From: Macrostomum lignano
Taxonomy: Eukaryota
Assembly (NCBI GenBank): GCA_002269645.1
Contig: NIVC01003424.1
Location: forward strand, 1 to 64,000
Direction: 5' to 3'
DNA length: 64,000 nt
The translations under genes and the position numbers were made by a program. Under the pieces are notes generated by a model, which made no database searches, was not told the DNA's origin, and worked only from the letters and a program-made list of their open reading frames with translations. Positions 1 to 11,336 of the stretch are shown in pieces (positions within the stretch are counted from its first letter, which is position 1; the number at the start of each line of letters is the position of its first letter).

Positions 1-1493
1 TGGTGTAGTTATTAGAAGGCAACTGCGCCTCTAGCTTCAACCGTGTCTATTTGTCTAAAGAAACTGACTGCGTGCAAAATACAAGTGTACGGAAGCAGAA
101 TAACACGCCGTGAGCGTATTTTCGAACGCCTGTGCATGCGCGAGACTGCTTGGTGTAGTTATTAGAAGGCAACTGCGCTCTAGCTTCAACCGTGTCTATT
201 TGTCTAAAGAAACTGACTGCATGCAAAATACAAGTGTACGGAAGCAGAATAACACGCCGTGAGCGTATTTTCGAACGCCTGTGCATGCGCGAGACTGCTT
301 GGTGTAGTTATTAGAAGGCAACTGCGCTCTAGCTTCAACCGTGTCTATTTGTCTAAAGAAACTCACTGCGTGCAAAATACAAGTGTACGGAAGCAGAATA
401 ACACGCCGTGAGCGTATTTTCGAACGCCTGTGCATGCGCGAGACTGCTTGGTGTAGTTATTACAAGGCAACTGCGCCTCTAGCTTCAACCGTGTCTATTT
501 GTCTAAAGAAACTGACTGCGAGCAAAATACAAGTTTACGGAAGCAGAATAACACGCCGTGAGCGTATTTTCGAACGCCTGTGCATGCGCGAGACTGCTTG
601 GTGTAGTTATTAGAAGGCAACTGCGCCTCTAGCTTCAACCGTGTCTATTTGTCTAAAGAAACTGACTGCGTGCAAAATACAAGTGTACGGAAGCAGAATA
701 ACACGCCGTGGCGTATTTCGAACGCCTGTGCATGCGCGAGACTGCTTGGTGTAGTTATTAGAAGGCAACTGCGCCTCTAGCTTCAACCGTGTCTATTTGT
801 CTAAACAAACTGACTGCGTGCAAAATACAAGTGCACGGAAGCAGAATAACACGCCGTGAGCGTATTTTCAAAAACCTGTGCATGCGCGAGACTGCTTGGT
901 GTAGTTATTAGAAGGCAACTGCGCCTCTAGCTTCAACCGTGTCTATTTGTCTAAAGAACTCACTGCGTGCAAAATACAAGTGTACGGAAGCAGAATAACA
1001 CGCCGTGAGCGTATTTTCGAACGCCTGTGCATGCGCGAGACTGCTTGGTGTAGTTATTAGAAGGCAACTGCGCCTCTAGCTTCAACCGTGTCTATTTGTC
1101 TAAAGAAACTGACTGCGTGCAAAATACAAGTGTACGGAAGCAGAATAACACGCCGTGAGCGTATTTTCGAACGCCTGTGCATGCGCGAGACTGCTTGGTG
1201 TAGTTATTAGAAGGCAACTGCGCCTCTAGCTTCAACCGTGTCTATTTGTCTAAAGAAACTGACTGCGTGCAAAATACAAGTGTACGGAAGCAGAATAACA
1301 CGCCGTGAGCGTATTTTCGAACGCCTGTGCATGCGCGAGACTGCTTGGTGTAGTTATTGAAGGCAACTGCGCCTCTAGCTTCAACCGTGTCTATTTGTCT
1401 AAAGAAACTGACTGCGTGCAAAATACAAGTGTACGGAAGCAGAATAACACGCCGTGAGCGTATTTTCGAACGCCTGTGCATGCGCGAGACTGC

Positions 1494-1941
1494 TGTGACG
1501 AGTTTATTTAGTTCGAGAACATGGGACTGATGCGCGTGCGCGTGCTGAGTCTGAGTGTTGATCTTGTCCTAGGCCAATATACGTATTATTAATTTAACAA
1601 CTCAATTGCTAGTCTGAATAATGGTGAGTAGGTCAGAAGCAGTATGGCAATGCCAACTATTTACCAAAGGGTAATCTGAGACGATAATATAATGCTAATG
1701 CCACCCAGCCTACGGGAACTAAGACAACACACAGGGCGCAGGACACTACACAAAAACTATCAAGAAGCAAAATTTGAATAACTGCACTAATTGAAAATAG
1801 AAAAACAAAATTAACCAAATGGGGAAAGTAACTAAAAAATAGTTACAAACATTAGACCAAAATAGATATAGTTTAAATATTAATTGCAAAAACCATAAAT
1901 ACGAAATAGAACATTTTCAATACAGTAGCGACGACGTTACA
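1494..1941 (-). mobile_element. Solo LTR, probably Ty3/Gypsy type, inserted in the satellite (copy 1)
   Basis: Ends TGTGACG...CGTTACA (TG..CA with short imperfect inverted repeat). 4-bp target duplication CTGC at 1490-1493 and 1942-1945. AATAAA lies just before the 3' end on the minus strand. Confidence 0.8.
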
Positions 1942-3294
1942 CTGCTTGGTGTAGTTATTAGAAGGCAACTGCGCCTCTAGCTTCAACCGTGTCTATTTGT
2001 CTAAAGAATCTGACTGCGTGCAAAATACAAGTGTACGGAAGCAGAATAACACGCCGTGAGCGTATTTTCGAACGCCTGTGCATGCGCGAGACTGCTTGGT
2101 GTAGTTATTAGAAGGCAACTGCGCCTCTAGCTTCAACCGTGTCTATTTGTCTAAAGAATCTGACTGCGTGCAAAATACAAGTGTACGGAAGCAGAATAAC
2201 ACGCCGTGAGCGTATTTTCGAACGCCTGTGCATGCGCGAGACTGCTTGGTGTAGTTATTAGAAGGCAACTGCGCCTCTAGCTTCAACCGTGTCTATTTGT
2301 CTAAAGAAACTCATGCGAGCAAAATACAAGTGTACGGAAGCAGAATAACACGCCGTGAGCGTATTTTCGAACGCATGTGCATGCGCGAGACTGCTTGGTG
2401 TAGTTATTAGAAGGCAACTGCGCCTCTAGCTTCAACCGTGTCTATTTGTCTAAAGAAACTGACTGCGTGCAAAATACAAGTGTACGGAAGCAGAATAACA
2501 CGCCGTGAGCGTATTTTCGAACGCCTGTGCATGCGCGAGACTGCTTGGTGTAGTTATTAGAAGGCAACTGCGCCTCTAGCTTCAACCGTGTCTATTTGTC
2601 TAAAGAAACTGACTGCGTGCAAAATACAAGTGTACGGAAGCAGAATAACACGCCGTGAGCGTATTTTCGAACGCCTGTGCATGCGCGAGACTGCTTGGTG
2701 TAGTTATTAGAAGGCAACTGCGCCTCTAGCTTCAACCGTGTCTATTTGTCTAAAGAAACTGACTGCGTGCAAAATACAAGTGTACGGAAGCAGAATAACA
2801 CGCCGTGAGCGTATTTTCGAACGCCTGTGCATGCGCGAGACTGCTTGGTGTAGTTATTAGAAGGCAACTGCGCCTCTAGCTTCAACCGTGTCTATTTGTC
2901 TAAAGAAACTGACTGCGTGCAAAATACAAGTGTACGGAAGCAGAATAACACGCCGTGAGCGTATTTTCGAACGCCTGTGCATGCGCGAGACTGCTTGGTG
3001 TAGTTATTAGAAGGCAACTGCGCCTCTAGCTTCAACCGTGTCTATTTGTCTAAAGAAACTGACTGCGTGCAAAATACAAGTGTACGGAAGCAGAATAACA
3101 CGCCGTGAGCGTATTTTCGAAAGCCTGTGCATGCGCGAGACTGCTTGGTGTAGTTATTAGAAGGCAACTGCGCCTCTAGCTTCAACCGTGTCTATTTGTC
3201 TAAAGAAACTGACTGCGAGCAAATTACAAGTGTACGGAAGCAGAATAACACGCCGTGAGCGTATTTTCGAACGCCTGTGCATGCGCGAGACTGC

Positions 3295-3744
3295 TGTGAC
3301 GAGTTTATTTAGTTCGAGAACATGGGACTGATGCGCGTGCGCGTGCTGAGTCTGAGTGTTGATCTTGTCCTAGGCCAATATACGTATTATTAATTTAACA
3401 ACTCAATTGCTAGTCTGAATAATGGTGAGTAGGTCAGAAGCAGTATGGCAATGCCAACTATTTACCAAAGGGTAATCTGAGACGATAATATAATGCTAAT
3501 GCCACCCAGCCTACGGGAACTAAGACCAACACACAGGGCGCAGGACACTACACAAAAACTATCAAGAAGCAAAATTTGAATAACTGCACTAATTGAAAAT
3601 AGAAAAACAAAATTAAACCAAATGGGGAAAGTAACTAAAAAATAGTTACAAACATTAGACCAAAATAGATATAGTTTAAATATTAATTGCAAAAACCATA
3701 AATACGAAATAGAACATTTTCAATACAGTAGCGACGACGTTACA
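3295..3744 (-). mobile_element. Solo LTR in satellite (copy 2)
   Basis: Near-identical to 1494-1941, same monomer position, CTGC duplicated on both sides. Confidence 0.8.
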
Positions 3745-5847
3745 CTGCTTGGTGTAGTTATTAGAAGGCAACTGCGCCTCTAGCTTCAACCGTGTCTATT
3801 TGTCTAAAGAATCTGACTGCGTGCAAAATACAAGTGTACGGAAGCAGAATAACACGCCGTGAGCGTATTTCGAACGCCTGTGCATGCGCGAGACTGCTTG
3901 GTGTAGTTATTAGAAGGCAACTGCGCCTCTAGCTTCAACCGTGTCTATTTGTCTAAAGAAACTCACTGCGAGCAAAATACAAGTGTACGGAAGCAGAATA
4001 ACACGCCGTGAGCGTATTTTCGAACGCCTGTGCATGCGCGAGACTGCTTGGTGTAGTTATTAGAAGGCAACTGCGCCTCTAGCTTCAACCGTGTCTATTT
4101 GTCTAAAGAAACTGACTGCGTGCAAAATACAAGTGTACGGAAGCAGAATAACACGCCGTGAGCGTATTTTCGAACGCCTGTGCATGCGCGAGACTGCTTG
4201 GTGTAGTTATTAGAAGGCAACTGCGCCTCTAGCTTCAACCGTGTCTATTTGTCTAAAGAAACTCACTGCGTGCAAAATGCAAGTGTACGGAAGCAGAATA
4301 ACACGCCGTGAGCGTATTTTCGAACGCCTGTGCATGCGCGAGACTGCTTGGTGTAGTTATTAGAAGGCAACTGCGCCTCTAGCTTCAACCGTGTCTATTT
4401 GTCTAAAGAAACTGACTGCGTGCAAAATACAAGTGTACGGAAGCAGAATAACACGCCGTGAGCGTATTTTCGAACGCCTGTGCATGCGCGAGACTGCTTG
4501 GTGTAGTTATTAGAAGGCAACTGCGCCTCTAGCTTCAACCGTGTCTATTTGTCTAAAGAAACTCACTGTGTGCAAAATACAAGTGTACGGAAGCAGAATA
4601 ACACTCCGTGAACGTATTTTCGAACGCCTGTGCATGCGCGAGACTGCTTGGTGTAGTTATTAGAAGGCAACTGCGCCTCTAGCTTCAACCGTGTCTATTT
4701 GTCTAAAGAAACTCACTGCGTGCAATATACAAGTGTACGGAAGCAGAATAACACGCCGTGAGCGTATTTTCGAACGCCTGTGCATGCGCGAGACTGCTTG
4801 GTGTAGTTATTAGAAGGCAACTGCGCCTCTAGCTTCAACCGTGTCTATTTGTCTAAAGAAACTCACTGTGTGCAATGTACAAGTGTACGGAAGCAGAATA
4901 ACACGCCGTGAGCGTATTTTCGAACGCCTGTACATGCGCGAGACTGCTTGGTGTAGTTATTAGAAGGCAACTGCGCCTCTAGCTTCAACCGTGTCTATTT
5001 GTCTAAAGAAACTCACTGCGAGCAAAATACAAGTGTACGGAAGCGGAATAACACGCCGTGAGCGTATTTTCGAACGGCTGTGCATGCGCGAGACTGCTTG
5101 GTGTAGTTATTAGAAGGCAACTGCGCCTCTAGCTTAAACCGTGTCTATTTGTCTAAAGAAACTGACTGCGTGCAAAATACAAGTGCACGGAAGCAGAATA
5201 ACACGCCGTGAGCGTATTTTCGAACGCCTGTGCATGCGCGAGACTGCTTGGTGTAGTTATTAGAAGGCAACTGCGCCTCTAGCTTCAACCGTGTCTATTT
5301 GTCTGAAGAAACTCACTGCGAGCAAAATACAAGTGTACGGAAGCAGAATAACACGCCGTGAGCGTATTTTCGAACGCCTGTGCATGTGCGAGACTGCTTG
5401 GTGTAGTTATTAGAAGGCAACTGCGCCTCTAGCTTCAACCGTGTCTATTTGTCTAAAGAAACTGACTGCGTGCAAAATACAAGTGCACGGAAGCAGAATA
5501 ACACGCCGTGAGCGTATTTTCGAACGCCTGTGCATGCGCGAGACTGCTTGGTGTAGTTATTAGAAGGCAACTGCGCCTCTAGCTTAAACCGTGTCTATTT
5601 GTCTAAAGAAACTGACTGCGTGCAAAATACAAGTGTACGGAAGCAGAATAACACGCCGTGAGCGTATTTTCGAAAGCCTGTGCATGCGCGAGACTGCTTG
5701 GTGTAGTTATTAGAAGGCAACTGCGCCTCTAGCTTCAACCGTGTCTATTTGTCTAAAGAAACTGACTGCGAGCAAAATACAAGTGTACGGAAGCAGAATA
5801 ACACGCCGTGAGCGTATTTTCGAACGCCTGTGCATGCGCGAGACTGC

Positions 5848-6297
5848 TGTGACGAGTTTATTTAGTTCGAGAACATGGGACTGATGCGCGTGCGCGTGCT
5901 GAGTCTGAGTGTTGATCTTGTCCTAGGCCAATATACGTATTATTAATTTAACAACTCAATTGCTAGTCTGAATAATGGTGAGTAGGTCAGAAGCAGTATG
6001 GCAATGCCAACTATTTACCAAAGGGTAATCTGAGACGATAATATAATGCTAATGCCACCCAGCCTACGGGAACTAAGACCAACACACAGGGCGCAGGACA
6101 CTACACAAAAACTATCAAGAAGCAAAATTTGAATAACTGCACTAATTGAAAATAGAAAAACAAAATTAAACCAAATGGGGAAAGTAACTAAAAAATAGTT
6201 ACAAACATTAGACCAAAATAGATATAGTTTAAATATTAATTGCAAAAACCATAAATACGAAATAGAACATTTTCAATACAGTAGCGACGACGTTACA
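5848..6297 (-). mobile_element. Solo LTR in satellite (copy 3)
   Basis: Near-identical to 3295-3744, same monomer position, CTGC duplicated on both sides. Confidence 0.8.
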
Positions 6298-8949
6298 CTG
6301 CTTGGTGTAGTTATTAGAAGGCAACTGCGCCTCTAGCTTCAACCGTGTCTATTTGTCTAAAGAATCTGACTGCGTGCAAAATACAAGTGTACGGAAGCAG
6401 AATAACACGCCGTGAGCGTATTTTCGAACGCCTGTGCATGCGCGAGACTGCTTGGTGTAGTTATTAGAAGGCAACTGCGCCTCTAGCTTCAACCGTGTCT
6501 ATTTGTCTAAAGAAACTCACTGCGAGCAAAATACAAGTGTACGGAAGCAGAATAACACGCCGTGAGCGTATTTTCGAACGCATGTGCATGCGCGAGACTG
6601 CTTGGTGTAGTTATTAGAAGGCAACTGCGCCTCTAGCTTCAACCGTGTCTATTTGTCTAAAGAAACTGACTGCGTGCAAAATACAAGTGTACGGAAGCAG
6701 AATAACACGCCGTGAGCGTATTTTCGAACGCCTGTGCATGCGCGAGACTGCTTGGTGTAGTTATTAGAAGGCAACTGCGCCTCTAGCTTCAACCGTGTCT
6801 ATTTGTCTAAAGAAACTCACTGTGTGCAAAATACAAGTGTACGGAAGCAGAATAACACTCCGTGAACGTATTTTCGAACGCCTGTGCATGCGCGAGACTG
6901 CTTGGTGTAGTTATTAGAAGGCAACTGCGCCTCTAGCTTCAACCGTGTCTATTTGTCTAAAGAAACTCACTGCGTGCAATATACAAGTGTACGGAAGCAG
7001 AATAACACGCCGTGAGCGTATTTTCGAACGCCTGTGCATGCGCGAGACTGCTTGGTGTAGTTATTAGAAGGCAACTGCGCCTCTAGCTTCAACCGTGTCT
7101 ATTTGTCTAAAGAAACTCACTGTGTGCAATATACAAGTGTACGGAAGCAGAATAACACGCCGTGAGCGTATTTTCGAACGCCTGTGCATGCGCGAGACTG
7201 CTTGGTGTAGTTATTAGAAGGCAACTGCGCCTCTAGCTTCAACCGTGTCTATTTGTCTAAAGAAACTCACTGCGTGCAATATACAAGTGTACGGAAGCAG
7301 AATAACACGCCGTGAGCGTATTTTCGAACGCCTGTGCATGCGCGAGACTGCTTGGTGTAGTTATTAGAAGGCAACTGCGCCTCTAGCTTCAACCGTGTCT
7401 ATTTGTCTAAAGAAACTCACTGCGAGCAAAATACAAGTGTACGGAAGCGGAATAACACGCCGTGAGCGTATTTTCGAACGGCTGTGCATGCGCGAGACTG
7501 CTTGGTGTAGTTATTAGAAGGCAACTGCGCCTCTAGCTTAAACCGTGTCTATTTGTCTAAAGAAACTGACTGCGTGCAAAATACAAGTGCACGGAAGCAG
7601 AATAACACGCCGTGAGCGTATTTTCGAACGCCTGTGCATGCGCGAGACTGCTTGGTGTAGTTATTAGAAGGCAACTGCGCCTCTAGCTTCAACCGTGTCT
7701 ATTTGTCTGAAGAAACTCACTGCGAGCAAAATACAAGTGTACGGAAGCAGAATAACACGCCGTGAGCGTATTTTCGAACGCCTGTGCATGTGCGAGACTG
7801 CTTGGTGTAGTTATTAGAAGGCAACTGCGCCTCTAGCTTCAACCGTGTCTATTTGTCTAAAGAAACTGACTGCGTGCAAAATACAAGTGTACGGAAGCAG
7901 AATAACACGCCGTGAGCGTATTTTCGAACGCCTGTGCATGCGCGAGACTGAGCGATTCTACCGCTCTTCGGCTGGTGCAAGATAAACAGTTGTCTAGGCG
8001 ATGTTATCGCAGCTACTGCAAAAAAGTTATTTGGGATATTTGTCAGCGGAAATAAAGAGGCTTATTCAGCAGTTTCTTCGACACACTTCGACGTGTCGTT
8101 CGACGACAATTAGCCCGATAATCCGAGCCAGTCCACTGAGTTATCACCGCGGTCAATTGTGCACCAGACAATTAGTCAGACATGAGACCGTACGTTAAAC
8201 TATCGGCCCAGCGAGTTTGAGAATTCTAGCGAGTCAAATAGTTCGGGGAATTTTAGACTCTTGCGTGACGTTTAGCCAATTTTTGTTAGTGTCAGATTGT
8301 CTAGTAGTCACGAAATACTACTTGATAGTAGTCGGCGGAGAAATTTTTTGGGTATAATTTCCCTAGAAGACATAGACTTTGTTGATTCTTAACAGATCTT
8401 ATCTCTATCTTCTTGGGTTGCTACGCAAGTACTTGCAAGAACGTGCAAGATCTTCGCTATGATAATACTTAGGTAAACTTACCAGATCTGGGCGACTTGC
8501 TACATCGTACTAGATCTTAGCTTTTATATCTTTTTATAGCTTCGAATATCGCATATTATATTAAATTTATTGCGATCCCATTTTGCCAAAAAAAGCTAGA
8601 ACACTTTGGCCAAATGAATAACAAAATAAAATGTGCCTCCCTTCTTAGAAGATCCGGCAAGAACCGAGCAGATTGAGATCGAGAAGATCTGCTAAGAATG
8701 GCACAGAGACAAGATCTGCTACAGAGAAGTTTGAGAAACAGAATGTCCTCTAGGGTTCAGACCTTTTAAATTTGGTGTTCGATAGGATTTAATTAAGTTT
8801 AATAAGTTTTAACACTTATTATTGGTGGAATCGGCGTTGGAATTACTGTGAACTCTTAATTAAGTTGACGCCCTTAGCAATTCGGTGGGATTTGAATTTC
8901 CGTCTGTTCACCACCGACTTTTGAGACCTGTAACACTAGCCAATCTCGT

Positions 8950-9340
8950 TTTCCCTGCATGCATACAAGATGGAAGCCTATCGAATGCTGTCTTCTAGCA
9001 CGACGCTATTTGCTACTCTGATTCAAATTCCAAGAGCTCATGTTGCGCAATGGAAAATTCCTAATGGAAATTCAATTCAATAACTCCTCAATGACGTGAA
9101 ACAAGGTGGAATGGATCCGTCTTGAGGCTTTTTATTGGTACTGAAAAAACGTTGACTACTCTACTATGGAGGATTTATTTTTACTGTTACGCTGATAAGT
9201 ATGCTTTTCTTTGTTTTCTTTCGCTGTGCACCTGCAAGCGTGTTTGATACGTAACAGCGTAATTTTTTATAGCGGTTTTATTTGTAAAAAAGATATTTTC
9301 AAAAAGTGTCCTGTCATGACAATAACCTGGCCGGGCCGCG
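8950..9340 (+). pseudogene. Possible degenerate non-LTR (LINE) reverse transcriptase fragment
   Basis: Broken frames give ...QWKIPNGNSIQ*LLNDVKQGGMDP... and GFIFYCYADKY, resembling the RT motifs GVxQGxxLSP and YADD in the expected order. Heavily decayed. Confidence 0.35.
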
Positions 9341-11336
9341 GCACTTATATTTTTAAAGGCCATCAACCTATTTCATAACGAGCGGACTTGTTATATTTTT
9401 TAAATGGGATGTATAAACCTACGTCTACGTCCACACTTTTGGTCTGGAAATATAATTGCGATATGTATGTGATAACGTGCACCAGAACATTCCTTTATCA
9501 TAAATCTGATTCGGCCGATGCTAGGCCCTACTCTGCTGCGTTGTAATACTGGTTTTTTTCGCTTGAGACAATGTGCAAAATCGCACCCTATACTCACTTT
9601 CACGGTGGAATTTGAAGGCTAAGAGTGCAATTTTTCTTTTTTATTATGTTAAGACAGTGCAAATAATTGAAATGAGGCTTCAACTTTAACAGAAAAATAG
9701 GTTAGGGGGCCTATAGGCACCTAAACTGCACCCACTTTTTAATTTCAGGGTACAATTTTTAAATTTAGGGTTTATATGCATACTGCGCACAAAAAATAAA
9801 CCCAGCTAGGCCTATAGGCCTATGGGGCTATGGCTATTTTTTATACTATTCTCTATTTTAGTGCTAATTTTAGTATTTAGACTTTTACTAGTTTAGTAAA
9901 TGTTTACAATGATGATAATATAGGGAAAAACAATCATCAATCTCAAAACTCAGATCAAGATGGAGAAAAGTGCCAAATTATTAATGATCAATATTCAGAT
10001 CAAAATCTTGTCTAGGCCTAACCCTAATCATGATTCATGCATTATGTTATATTATTAGGCTATTAATATTAATATTATTATTATTAGTAGTAGTAGTAGT
10101 AAGTTGGCTCAGGCAAGAAGCCTGTTTGGCCAGTATATTTCTGTGTATTTAAGTTATTTTAGCATTAGTTGTTTAATTATGATTAAGTTCAAAAGGTTAA
10201 ATTTGTTCAAAAGGTTAAATTTTTACATGAGTTACGATGCAAGTTACAATATTTGTAAAATTATTAAGGTATTTGAAAGAGCATTTTTTGTAAAAAAGAT
10301 GTAGTATTTTGCAAGCGCGCAATATTTCAAAGCGTGAAGAACGAATGAAAAATGAACAAAAACAAACTTCGAAAGAACTTTACGTTAAATGAATAACGAC
10401 GATTTAAATAGGTATTAGATAGGAAACTAATTAAATACTAATTAAATGCTAATTAAATAGGAAATTAAAAAGAGAGTAAATGAATAAACAAAAGAAACAT
10501 TAGACATTAGATATTTTTTATTATTATATAATACTATAGATAGATAGGTCTAGGCCTAGGGTCTAATTAATGGACTTCTTCAAGTTTATGTTCATAAAAT
10601 ACTTAGTTTTGGTTTTTCAATTTTTCTAAAATTTTTACCAATTTTCACCAATTAAACAAGAAGTCCTAATTAGCTGCCATAATATGTATACAGTATAAAA
10701 AACAAATTTGAATAAAAATAGGCCTTATACCAAATTTGCATTGTAAAATAAAAAAAATAATTTTTTAACAAGGGGCTAAGCTACACTAAGCACTATAGCC
10801 AAAATTAGAAAACAGATTTAGCATAGCCATATGTTACAGATGAAAAGTATGGCCCAATTTCAATAATAAACATTGATATTCTAAAAAATATCAACCTAAA
10901 ATGATATTCTTATACCAATATTCAAAATAGTATTGCCTAAATTTGAGTTTTGCCAATACTTTAGTCTAATATTTAGTCTAGTATTATTTATTTTTAAGCT
11001 TTTTGTAGACAAAAAACAAAAAATATTTTTTTAGCCATAGTTTGGATCATGTATTAGTATATGCCAGGTTTAATGCTAGAAAAATAACAAAACCTTGTTT
11101 GTATACTAGGTTTGTACACCAAGACAATAAATTTACCATTGAAACAATGTATCTGCTATGTGATATATATGCTAGGATATACCTCAATGTATGCTGAAAA
11201 ATAGTATAAGTACCTTTATTATATATTGAAAAATGGTAAGTACCCTTGATATATGCCAAGATATCTTAAAATACATGTCACCTTCTAAACTATTGGTTTT
11301 TGGCTTTGCTATTCATTATTGGTACTTATAAATAAA

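Larger units (their letters stand above)
1..7950. repeat. 150-bp tandem satellite array (about 44 monomers, interrupted by three solo-LTR copies; runs off the window start)
   Basis: Monomer TGGTGTAGTTATTAGAAGGC...GCATGCGCGAGACTGCT recurs every 150 bp (some 149 bp) with only scattered substitutions. The last monomer stops at ...GCGAGACTG (7950). Confidence 0.98.

Noticed and set aside
47-6245. Repeated 76-90-aa ORFs in the satellite and solo LTRs
   Set aside because: Products of the repeat unit. They open and close with single-base indels and show no domain similarity.
1-7950. Repeat/insert alternation superficially like CRISPR; monomer checked as a spliced-leader RNA or hammerhead array
   Set aside because: Inserts are identical to each other, there are no cas genes and the context is eukaryotic. 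No CTGANGA/GAAA core, and no SL stem + donor + Sm-site layout.
9400-9603. Minus ORF with an HUH-like string (RYHIHIAIIF) suggesting a Rep/Replitron endonuclease
   Set aside because: Only 67 aa, with no motif I or catalytic YxxK. The region is better explained as continuation of a decayed + strand LINE.
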